Positions 28,165 to 36,351 of a DNA stretch of 64,000 nt are shown one piece after another; positions within the stretch are counted from its first letter, which is position 1; each line of letters opens with the position of its first letter. The stretch spans positions 6,526-70,525 of the forward strand of contig CAJXLX010000002.1 of the NCBI GenBank assembly GCA_913056335.1, written 5' to 3'. The DNA is from an uncultured Rhodothermaceae bacterium (GTDB taxonomy: Bacteria; Bacteroidota; Rhodothermia; Rhodothermales; Salinibacteraceae). The position numbers were made by a program, and so were the translations under genes. The notes below the pieces were generated by a model. The model ran no database searches. It saw only the letters and a program-made list of their open reading frames with translations, and was not told the DNA's origin.

Positions 28165-29195
28165 GTGGTTGTGGGGTTGGTAGCAAATGCAGGGCGGGCG
28201 GGGTCCCATACGGCATCCCCCAGAAGCAGCCCCAGCGCCAGCGCCAGGAGAATCCAGAAGCCTTCGTAGTACGCCTCGAAGCGCTCCACGCCAATGAGCG
28301 AGCGTTCCAGCCCGCGCAGGTCGTCCACAAAGGCACTGAGGGAGCCGGTAGCCGGGCCCAGTTCGTAGTAGCGTCCGGGCCCCGTGGGCAAGGCGCGCAG
28401 AGCGCTGGCGTTCAGGCGGCTCGTCACGATGGACCCGTTGTCTTCGCGCAGCCAGTCGGTGCGGGTGCCGTTCTCGTTGTAGATGGGGACGCGAGCGCCC
28501 TCCTTGGTGCCTAAGCCTGCGGTGTACAGCGCAATGTCGTTGGATTGGGCCTGGGCGCGAGCGGCCTCGACCTCGCCATCGTGAAACTCGCCGTCGGAGA
28601 GGATCAGCATGGCCTGGGCGCGTGGCGGAGCATTGGGGTCGGTGGAGATGTCTCGGGCGTCGAGTGCGGTTGTTGCTGCTTGCAGAGCGCCCTCCAGGTT
28701 TGAGCCGGGTGTGGGCATGGAGAGCGGATCAGCCGCATCCAACAGACTACGCAGCGCAGCATAGTCGGTGGTGAGGGGCGCTTGCAAAAGGCCAGTGCCC
28801 GCAAACACGACGAGCGCCACGCGGTCGCCCGCCAACTGGTCGAACACGCTGTGGAGTTCGCTGCGGGCGCGGTCGAAGCGGGTGGGCGCGACGTCTTCGG
28901 CCTGCATCGAGCGCGACAGATCGAGTGCAATCACCAGATCGAGACCGCGCTGCTCTACCTCACGCTCTGCGCCGCCCATCCGCGGACGCGCCAGCCCCAG
29001 CACAAGCAGCGCCACCGCAACGGTGACAATGGCGGCTTGCACATTCCGTCGCCATCGCAGCATCGGGCGCATATCTTCAGAGATCCATCCGTGGGCATAC
29101 GCTTCGCGTCGCTTTCGCTGTGCCCATACGAACAGCCCCACGACCACCGGCAGCCCTCCCAGCATCCAGATGTATTCGGGCGCGGCCCATTCCAT
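28161..29195 (-). CDS. batB: vWA domain protein BatB
   Basis: LARP; MIDAS DLSRSM.AEDV.PTR; GDRVALVVFAG...PLTTDY; LSDGE; C-terminal TM. Confidence 0.88.
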   Translation of the reverse strand: MEWAAPEYIWMLGGLPVVVGLFVWAQRKRREAYAHGWISEDMRPMLRWRRNVQAAIVTVAVALLVLGLARPRMGGAEREVEQRGLDLVIALDLSRSMQAEDVAPTRFDRARSELHSVFDQLAGDRVALVVFAGTGLLQAPLTTDYAALRSLLDAADPLSMPTPGSNLEGALQAATTALDARDISTDPNAPPRAQAMLILSDGEFHDGEVEAARAQAQSNDIALYTAGLGTKEGARVPIYNENGTRTDWLREDNGSIVTSRLNASALRALPTGPGRYYELGPATGSLSAFVDDLRGLERSLIGVERFEAYYEGFWILLALALGLLLGDAVWDPARPAFATNPTTT

Positions 29196-29372
29196 AACGC
29201 AGTTGACATTCGAGAAACGATAAGGACTTAGTCACAAATGATGGGCAACGTCCCTGTAGTTCACACTGAATGTGCTTCTATGAGCGAACGGGAGCCCGTT
29301 CGCTCCAGGGATGGTTTTTCGCGAGAGGACGACCACTTACGATGTAACCCCCATTGAAATATGTGGGCATTG

Positions 29373-30218
29373 CTACGTCTGACTTGCAGTCCGGTTTGAG
29401 GCCACAGCGCCCTGGGCGTACTGATCGGGACGCCGGTCTTTCAGAAACAGGCGGCGAGCCGGGGCTTCCCTGCATCGGTCCAGGTCGATATGCGTGTGGA
29501 GGATGGCGTCTTCGCCACGCGGCGCCTGGTCAACGAGCTGCCCGAACGGGTCGGTCACGAACGAGCCACCGTCGAAGGTGAGCACGTCTTCTTCGCCCAC
29601 GCGATTGGCCAGGGCCATGAAGTAGCCGTGCTGGAACGCGCCCACGCGCAGCTCCGCCTCGAAGAGTCCATCGGGCCACTCGCCTTCAGCGCCAGCCTGG
29701 GGCACAACGACCAAGTCGGCCCCACCAAGGGCGAGCGCACGCAGATACTCAGGGTAGTGACGGTCGTAGCAGATAGCCACCCCAATCCGTCCGGCTGCGG
29801 TGTCGTAGACGGGCGCGCCGGTATCGCCGGGGGCGTAGTAGCCCTGCTCATAGAACCCGTCGTAATCGGTGATGTGCATCATGCGGGTGATGCCGAGCAG
29901 CGTGCCATCGGCATCGATGACCGGCGAAGTGTCGTAGGCGTGTTCGCCGTCGCGCTCGTACAGATTGATCACCACGACCACGCCCCGGCGCGCGGCGGCG
30001 TCCTGGAACGCTTCGGTGGTCGGGCCGGGGATGGGCTCGGCCTTGTCGTGGACATCGGGCCCGGCCCGGTGCTGCGGATAGAACGGCGTGAACGCCAGCT
30101 CAGGATACACCACGCAGTCGGCCCCGGCATCGGCGGCTTCATCGAGGGCGCGGAGGCCCCGGTTCAGGTTGTCGTCCAGATCGGTGGTGGCATGCTGCTG
30201 AACAAGGGCAAGATGCAT
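29373..30218 (-). CDS. Carbon-nitrogen hydrolase (nitrilase family; N-carbamoylputrescine amidase/ureidopropionase-like)
   Basis: VYPEL, GVAICYDRHYPE, ANRVG.E...F.G.SF..DPFG, DRRP..Y; ATG at 30218. Confidence 0.9.
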   Translation of the reverse strand: MHLALVQQHATTDLDDNLNRGLRALDEAADAGADCVVYPELAFTPFYPQHRAGPDVHDKAEPIPGPTTEAFQDAAARRGVVVVINLYERDGEHAYDTSPVIDADGTLLGITRMMHITDYDGFYEQGYYAPGDTGAPVYDTAAGRIGVAICYDRHYPEYLRALALGGADLVVVPQAGAEGEWPDGLFEAELRVGAFQHGYFMALANRVGEEDVLTFDGGSFVTDPFGQLVDQAPRGEDAILHTHIDLDRCREAPARRLFLKDRRPDQYAQGAVASNRTASQT

Positions 30219-30333
30219 GGCAGTGAGGCGTGGGGGATGGAACGCGTGGTTCTCTGACGCACGAGTTGACGTCACCTGCCAAGGTAGCATCTGCATGACA
30301 AACGGGCAACCACCCACACGGGGGAGCGCACAG

Positions 30334-30699
30334 CTACGCCTCCCGCAGAAATGCAATCGCCGCTTCACGCTCGCTGATGGGGAAGCACTTCATCTCAATG
30401 CGTCTAAACACCTTATCTTCGAGAGCCACCACCTTGGCGACCCATTTTTTATCCGTCAGTACTGCGGCCTTGCGAATGTTGGAGATGCCGATCTCAAACA
30501 GATACCTGAACTCTTCCACGAGCGCGCCCATCTCGATACGCCCAAACGCGTCGATCTGCTCAAAGAGCACGATGGTGCCGTGTGCATTCACTTTCTCGCG
30601 GGCATGGGCGAGCACCGTTGTCATCTCATCTTTTGTAATCGAACCGTCCACGCGAAACGCAAGGGCATCGTCGATGCCAATGTCTATGAGATCAATCAT
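30334..30699 (-). CDS. SpoIIAA-like (STAS/SEC14) domain protein
   Basis: LAFRVDGSIT..., IRKAAVLTDKKWV, F...EREAAIAFL pattern; 121 aa. Confidence 0.85.
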   Translation of the reverse strand: MIDLIDIGIDDALAFRVDGSITKDEMTTVLAHAREKVNAHGTIVLFEQIDAFGRIEMGALVEEFRYLFEIGISNIRKAAVLTDKKWVAKVVALEDKVFRRIEMKCFPISEREAAIAFLREA

Positions 30700-30753
30700 G
30701 ATACGTTGGGCGCTGTGGTTGGGGCTGGAGAAATCAGCAGTACGGGCGGGTCG

Positions 30754-31716
30754 TCAAGGCACGCGGCGCCCCACGGTGGTGCGCAGCAGCGTATGTACTA
30801 ACACAAGAAACAGCGCCGCGCCGGCAAACCCGGCGTAGCGTTCGCTCACATCGGTGTAGGTCGTCGTCTCAATCTCGCCCTGCTCCATGTCCGCAATCTC
30901 GTTATAGATGGTGCGGAGCGCCTCGGTATCCGACGCCCGAAAGTACTGCCCGCCGGTGCGCTCGGCCATTGCGGTCAGGGTGGATTCGTCCACTTCGTCG
31001 TCGGATTCGGGGGCAGCCTCGGGTTCGAAGGGGGCCTCTTCGAAGGCGCCCACACCAATCGTGTACACGCGGATGCCCAGCACACGGGCAATCTCAGCCG
31101 CGGTTAGCGGATCGATGGAGCCGCGGTTATTGCGTCCATCGGTGAGTAAGACCACGACGCGGCTGGGTGCTTCCGACTCACGCAGCCGGTTGACGGAGGT
31201 CGCCAGCGCGGCCCCAATGGCCGTGCCGCGCTCAAACTGCCCCAGCCGCAGCGCCTCAATGGCATCGGTCAGGAACGCGCGATCGGTGGTAAGCGGCGCT
31301 TGCGTAAAGGCGCGCCCGGCAAAGACCACGAGCCCCATGCGATCGTTCGGCCGGCCCTCCACAAAGTCAACAGCCACGGAGCGAGCGGCCTCAAACCGAT
31401 TCGGGGGGAAGTCGGCAGTGCGCATTGAGGTGGAGGCGTCCAGCGCAAGCACCAGGTCGATGCCTTCGGTGGTGTCGACCTGCACGACGTCGTGCTGCTG
31501 CGGACGCGCCAGGGCGACAATGATGAGCGCCAGGGCGGCCCCTCGCACCAGCGGAAGCACCCGGCGCATCCACACGCGCCACGAGACGCGCCCCGGCACA
31601 TCCGCCAGCGTGGGGACGCCCACCCCCACGTCGGTGGCCCCGCGCCACCAGCGCCACACCGCCCACAACGGCAACGCCGCCAGTCCCCACAGCACCCATG
31701 GATACGCGAACGTCAT
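30754..31716 (-). CDS. batA: vWA domain protein BatA
   Basis: IVALARPQ; EGIDLVLALDASTSM...PNR; GTAIG.AL..SVNRL; LLTDG.NN.G.IDP.TAA; RVYTIGVG. Confidence 0.9.
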   Translation of the reverse strand: MTFAYPWVLWGLAALPLWAVWRWWRGATDVGVGVPTLADVPGRVSWRVWMRRVLPLVRGAALALIIVALARPQQHDVVQVDTTEGIDLVLALDASTSMRTADFPPNRFEAARSVAVDFVEGRPNDRMGLVVFAGRAFTQAPLTTDRAFLTDAIEALRLGQFERGTAIGAALATSVNRLRESEAPSRVVVLLTDGRNNRGSIDPLTAAEIARVLGIRVYTIGVGAFEEAPFEPEAAPESDDEVDESTLTAMAERTGGQYFRASDTEALRTIYNEIADMEQGEIETTTYTDVSERYAGFAGAALFLVLVHTLLRTTVGRRVP

Positions 31717-32480
31717 GCGGCATCGGAGTTGATTCGGGAAGCTACGGCCTCAACAAGTGCCGGGAGCGCTTCGCCTGCAGGCGCCTGCAGGTGCACCTGC
31801 GCCTTGCCCGACACCGCACTCGTGTCCGGGTTTACATCGGCCACGTACGCGCCATGATCGAGCGCCTTCAGCGGCAGGTCGGCAGCGGGAAAGACCACCG
31901 CGCTGGTGCCCACACACAGAAACACATCGGCATCGCGGGCCCAGGAATTGGCAGAAGCGATAGCATCGGGCGGCAGCTGCTCCCCAAACCAGACCACATC
32001 GGGACGGATGAGCCCGCCACATTCGGCGCATCGCACCGGCTCCGGGTCGTCTTCAGCACCAACCGACGCATCCAGCGCGTGCGGTTCGCCGCAGTCGATG
32101 CAGTAGCTGCGGATGATGTTGCCGTGCAGCTCAATTACGCGTTCGGTGCCCGCCTCCTGATGCAGGTTGTCTACGTTCTGCGTGATGCATGCAAACCGGG
32201 GCACAAGCTGCTCCAGCCGCGTTAGGGCGCGGTGCCCCGCGTTTGGTGCAGCCTCTTCGATGGCTGCCTGCCGGTAGCGATACCAGCCCTGCACGAGCGT
32301 CGGGTTATCGAGAAACGCCTTCACGTTGGCGAGCTCCTCGGGACTAAACTGCTCCCACAGCCCATCCGGATCGCGGAAGGTGGCGATGCCGCTTTCGGCA
32401 CTGGCACCGGCCCCGGTAAGCACCGCAACCGTTTTGGCAGCAGCCAGCGCATCGACCAGTTCGTCAGGCACAGATGTCAT
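31713..32480 (-). CDS. cobB: NAD-dependent protein deacylase (class III sirtuin)
   Basis: LTGAGASAESGIATFRD, TQNVDNLH, HG, two CxxC, RPDVVWFGE, GTSAVVFPAA; the WYxxR Tyr/Arg pair is typical of desuccinylases. Confidence 0.94.
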   Translation of the reverse strand: MTSVPDELVDALAAAKTVAVLTGAGASAESGIATFRDPDGLWEQFSPEELANVKAFLDNPTLVQGWYRYRQAAIEEAAPNAGHRALTRLEQLVPRFACITQNVDNLHQEAGTERVIELHGNIIRSYCIDCGEPHALDASVGAEDDPEPVRCAECGGLIRPDVVWFGEQLPPDAIASANSWARDADVFLCVGTSAVVFPAADLPLKALDHGAYVADVNPDTSAVSGKAQVHLQAPAGEALPALVEAVASRINSDAA

Positions 32481-32529
32481 AAATGCATCGGGGTTAGGTT
32501 AGGGGATGCGAAGCGCAGCGGCGGCGTGC

Positions 32530-33561
32530 CTACGCGGATGCAGCATCAGGGGCGGCGCGGTCGGTATGGGATGGAGCACCATCGCGGGGCGGCGTGTTGG
32601 CAGATGATGCGGTCGAAGCCTGCAGGGCATGTTCTATCGCGTCAACCGTCTGTTTCGTTTCTTGGAGCGCGGTGCGGTTTGCAGCAGTGCCGGGGGAGGT
32701 GTTGGCGAACTTGGCGAGGTCGGCCCGCTCCAGCACCGCCTGGATGCGTCCGGCTACCTTCTGTGGCACCTGCGGATGCTGCTCCAATGCATGTACCACT
32801 TCAGCTGAGGTGCGCTCACGTGCCGGTATGCCCAGCCGCTTGGCCAGATACGTCCGAAGCGCCTGCGTGAGCGCTGTATAAAACGCTTTGGCCTCGGCAT
32901 TTGCCCCTGGTGGTGAGAGCCTGCTGAGCTGGGTGCAGGTCGCTTCATAGGCCGTGGCGGTATGTCCGTGCGAAGCGGCGTTCTCTGCATCCCCCCAACG
33001 CCAGTATCGCATGTAGCCCCACAGCCCAAGCGCCAGTAGCGCCAGCACGAGCGCGCTGGCTGCTATCCACCGGTCCCACGTGTACGGAAACGGCACAAGC
33101 GGCATCAGCGGCTGCATGGCGGTGGTGGTGTCGGCCGGCAATACGCTGGGCACGGGGATCGTGAAGGCATCAGAGCCCGCGATGGTTGTATCCTGGCCCA
33201 TCACCACCCATGCAGGCAGTGCGGGGACCTCAGCTTCGTCAAGGGCAAACGTGGTGACGGTGTAGCCCACGCTGTCGATGCGTCCGCCGGTGCGGGCGGC
33301 GCCCATGTACCGATGGCCAGGCACGCTGCGCCCCAGCACCTCCAGATCGCCAAAGAGCGTGGGCCCGGTGTCGGCCTCCGGAAACGCGACCTCCGACCGA
33401 AACGAATGCTCCACCACCATCCACAGCGTGGTTTGCTCGCCGATACGCAGGCTGTCGGCCTCTACATACGCATCCACCTGAACCCGCTGGGCCTGACTTA
33501 CAGGCGGAAGCAGGGCCAGCCATCCAATCAGCACCAGAAGCCAGCAGCGCATGCGAGTCAT
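32530..33561 (-). CDS. Bat-operon exported single-TM protein (DUF4381/BatD-like)
   Basis: Signal peptide; DSLRIGEQ; one TM; FY..LT..LRTYL..R.GIPA.E.TS.E and ADLAKFA motifs. Confidence 0.8.
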   Translation of the reverse strand: MTRMRCWLLVLIGWLALLPPVSQAQRVQVDAYVEADSLRIGEQTTLWMVVEHSFRSEVAFPEADTGPTLFGDLEVLGRSVPGHRYMGAARTGGRIDSVGYTVTTFALDEAEVPALPAWVVMGQDTTIAGSDAFTIPVPSVLPADTTTAMQPLMPLVPFPYTWDRWIAASALVLALLALGLWGYMRYWRWGDAENAASHGHTATAYEATCTQLSRLSPPGANAEAKAFYTALTQALRTYLAKRLGIPARERTSAEVVHALEQHPQVPQKVAGRIQAVLERADLAKFANTSPGTAANRTALQETKQTVDAIEHALQASTASSANTPPRDGAPSHTDRAAPDAASA

Positions 33562-33585
33562 ACCAGGGGAGACAGAGGCAAACGG

Positions 33586-34470
33586 TTACGAGCGCGCATG
33601 GATGCGGCGCTGAAAGAAGCTGATGAGCGCCTCGGCGGTATCGCCCGCAGTGGAAAGCGGCAAGTAGCCCGCCTGGGCCTGACGAAGCGTGGTGGCTATG
33701 CGTGCCTGCCGCGCCTGGGCCGCCTGCGCTACCGCGCGACGCGTATCCGGATCGCGCGCATCAACCAGGCGGGTGGTTCCAGTTTCGGCATCGGTAAGCG
33801 GGATCAGTCCGCCCCTTGGAAGCTCCGCCTCGCCGGGGTCGTGCACATGCACGCCGATCAGGTCGTGGCGGCGGCCCACGGCGCGCAGCAGCGGCGCATA
33901 GCCGTCGTCCATGAAGTCGCTCACGAGCAGCACGGTCGCCGGACGCCGCATGCGAGCAAGCAAGTAGCGCAGCGGCACGCGCAGGTCGGTGCCCCGCGAT
34001 TGGGGCCTATGGCCAAGCAGCGTGCGCAGGCTGTGCAGCACGTGGCGCCGTGTGTTACGCGGCGGGCGCTGCACCTCGATCTGGTCGGTAAACAGCAGTA
34101 GGCCGACCGCGTCTTGATGATGTAGCGCGCTGAACGCCACCAGGGCCGCGGCCTCGGTGGCCACCGTGCGCTTGGGGGCTGCTCCGGTGCCAAAAGCCTG
34201 CGAGGCCGATACATCCACCGCTACGATAACGGTCTGCTCGCGCTCCTCCTCAAAGACCTTCACATACGTGTCGTCCATGCGCGCCGACACGTTCCAGTCG
34301 ATGGCGCGCACGTCATCGCCCCGCTGGTACGGGCGCACCTCGGCAAACTCCAGGCCGCGTCCCTTGAAGGCCGAGCGGTAGGCTCCGCCAAATAGCGCCT
34401 CGACGCGGTGGCGCGCCCGAACCTCTAACCGCCGGACCGCGCCTTGCACCGTATCATCGATATTTTTCAT
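33586..34470 (-). CDS. DUF58 domain protein (MoxR-associated)
   Basis: G.YRSAFKGRGLEFAEVRPYQ.GDDVRAIDWNVSAR...VKVFEEERE; DVSAS; LVSDF. Confidence 0.93.
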   Translation of the reverse strand: MKNIDDTVQGAVRRLEVRARHRVEALFGGAYRSAFKGRGLEFAEVRPYQRGDDVRAIDWNVSARMDDTYVKVFEEEREQTVIVAVDVSASQAFGTGAAPKRTVATEAAALVAFSALHHQDAVGLLLFTDQIEVQRPPRNTRRHVLHSLRTLLGHRPQSRGTDLRVPLRYLLARMRRPATVLLVSDFMDDGYAPLLRAVGRRHDLIGVHVHDPGEAELPRGGLIPLTDAETGTTRLVDARDPDTRRAVAQAAQARQARIATTLRQAQAGYLPLSTAGDTAEALISFFQRRIHARS

Positions 34471-34760
34471 GATAGCGTTTTCATGATCGCACTCGTGCCC
34501 CGCACAGGCTGATAACTCCTGTTTATGCCGTTGAATCCCGCGCTACAGGTAGGGTTCAGCATCTCCTCAAAATCACCACTCTGGATTTCGTGCAACAACT
34601 CTCTCCTGCTTCTCTATCATGGAGATCCGACGGCGATATTGAGACGCACTGTGATGCCATGCTCCATTGCAGTTGCAGCAGACGTTACAACTTTGCGCTT
34701 GAATCTATCGGTGTCGCCTCGTACATAGCATAGTCCCTGTGGTGCAGTGCCGTGCCCTGG

Positions 34761-34935
34761 TGGTGCGGCAGCCGCGTACATGCTGATGCTCGTAACAGCA
34801 TGCTCATGGCTTGGGGGGAAGCCCGGTGGAACTCCGGCACTGGCGCGCAGCGGTAACAGTCCGAATGCCCCCTGCATCCTTCGACCACTCCCGGTGTGTT
34901 CGTGCATCACACCGGCCTCCACGCGCCCTGGAGCC
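34761..34935 (+). promoter_or_regulatory. Cobalamin (B12) riboswitch, compact form
   Basis: GGGAAgcccGGTGgAActCCggcACTGgcgcgCAGCGGTAAC-AGTCCGAATGCC (34816-34869) contains the J3/4, T-loop P4, P5 and B12-box. Downstream hairpin ctcca-cgcgccc-tggag has a loop complementary to L5 (ggcgcg). Lies upstream of a B12-independent RNR. Confidence 0.85.
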
Positions 34936-35240
34936 TCGGTCGCCTGCTCTGTTATTTTTCGTATCGCGTGTGCGTTCAGGCCATGCGTCCATTCGTTGTA
35001 GCCGTTGTAGCACTGTGCTAACTTGCGCTCAGCGCAGACATCGACGGGCCCTGTAGTTGTAGTTCGCTCCGATGCCAACACAGCGCCATGCCTCGACATA
35101 GCTGATACGAAACAACGGATACGAAATGCGGCGACCACATCCGCCGCCGTACCGACTGCAGAGCGCGGCTCCTCTCCAGCAGTGCGCGTGCCCGTGCCGT
35201 CCCCGACGTTTCCGCTCACTTTCCGCTTGCTCCTGCCTGT

Positions 35241-36215
35241 ATGCCCCTGTTCGAAAAGCGCGTCAACCTAAAGCCCTACCAGTACCCGCATCTGCTCAAA
35301 TTCAAGACCGCGATTCGCCAGTCGTACTGGGTCCACGACGAATTTAACTTTGAAGGCGACATCCAGGACTTCCACGTCAATTGTACCGATGCTGAGCGCA
35401 GCGTCATCACGCGCACCATGCTCGCCATTGCGCAGATCGAGGTCTCCGTCAAGACGTTCTGGGCCGATATCTACAAGCGGCTGCCGGTGCCCGAAGTGGG
35501 CGCGGTGGGCATGACCTTCGCCGAGTCGGAGGTGCGCCACCTCGACGCGTACTCGCACCTGCTGGAGCTGCTTGGGCTCAACGACGCCTTTGAACAGGTG
35601 GAAGAGATCCCCGCGCTGCGCGACCGCATTGCGTATCTCGAAGACACCTTGCAAGCCGCCGATAGCGCCGACAAGCGCGACTTTGCGCTCTCCATCTTGC
35701 TCTTCAGCATCTTTATTGAGCATGTGAGTCTGTTCAGCCAGTTCCTCATCATGCTCTCGTTTGACAAGTACGAGAAACGCTTTAAGGGCGTGGCCAACGC
35801 CGTAGAGGCTACCTCGAAAGAGGAGCAGATCCACGGCCTCTTTGGCGTCGAACTCATCAGCGTGATGCGCGAGGAATACCCTGAGTGGTTCGGCACCGAG
35901 TTCGAAACCCGCGTGGTCGAGGCCTGCCAAAAGGCCTACAGCGCCGAGCAGAAGGTGCTCGACTGGATCTTCGAAGAAGGCGAGCTCGACTTCCTGCCGC
36001 GCCCGGTCGTGGATGCGTTCCTGCGCGATAAGTTCAACGCCTCGCTCGACTACGTGGATGTCGACCCGCTCTTTGAGGTGGACGACGACCGGCTCGCTGA
36101 AACGCGCTGGTTCTACGAGGAGATCTTGCTCACGAAGGGCAACGACTTCTTCTCGAAGCGCGGCACCAGCTACTCCAAAATGACCCAGAGCGTCAGCGGC
36201 GACGATCTCTTTTAG
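35241..36215 (+). CDS. nrdB: Class I ribonucleotide reductase beta subunit (class Id signature)
   Basis: IAQIE67VSVK71, E97VRH100...Y104, FIEHVSLFSQF, KEEQIH; terminal DDLF. Confidence 0.95.
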   Translation: MPLFEKRVNLKPYQYPHLLKFKTAIRQSYWVHDEFNFEGDIQDFHVNCTDAERSVITRTMLAIAQIEVSVKTFWADIYKRLPVPEVGAVGMTFAESEVRHLDAYSHLLELLGLNDAFEQVEEIPALRDRIAYLEDTLQAADSADKRDFALSILLFSIFIEHVSLFSQFLIMLSFDKYEKRFKGVANAVEATSKEEQIHGLFGVELISVMREEYPEWFGTEFETRVVEACQKAYSAEQKVLDWIFEEGELDFLPRPVVDAFLRDKFNASLDYVDVDPLFEVDDDRLAETRWFYEEILLTKGNDFFSKRGTSYSKMTQSVSGDDLF

Positions 36216-36245
36216 CGCACGGCTCCGTCTGCACGCGTCTTGTTT

Positions 36246-36279
36246 CGCATCCCCCGGCGGTTTCGCTTAGGGGGATGCG
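36246..36279 (+). other. Intergenic stem-loop between nrdB and nrdA
   Basis: cgcatccccc...gggggatgcg, a 10-bp perfect stem with no U-tract. Confidence 0.55.
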
Positions 36280-36351
36280 CAGGTATGATGCCTCTCCGGC
36301 TGCATCGTACCATCCTCATGTGCCCCTATCTCTCTACACGACTTTGTGCTT

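Noticed and set aside
31713-32480. Sir2 as an anti-phage effector (Thoeris/DSR)
   Set aside because: It is a canonical Zn-binding CobB with all deacylase motifs and no defence partners.
34617-35219. 200-aa minus-strand ORF between DUF58 and nrdB
   Set aside because: It overlaps the plus-strand cobalamin riboswitch and has no protein-like features.
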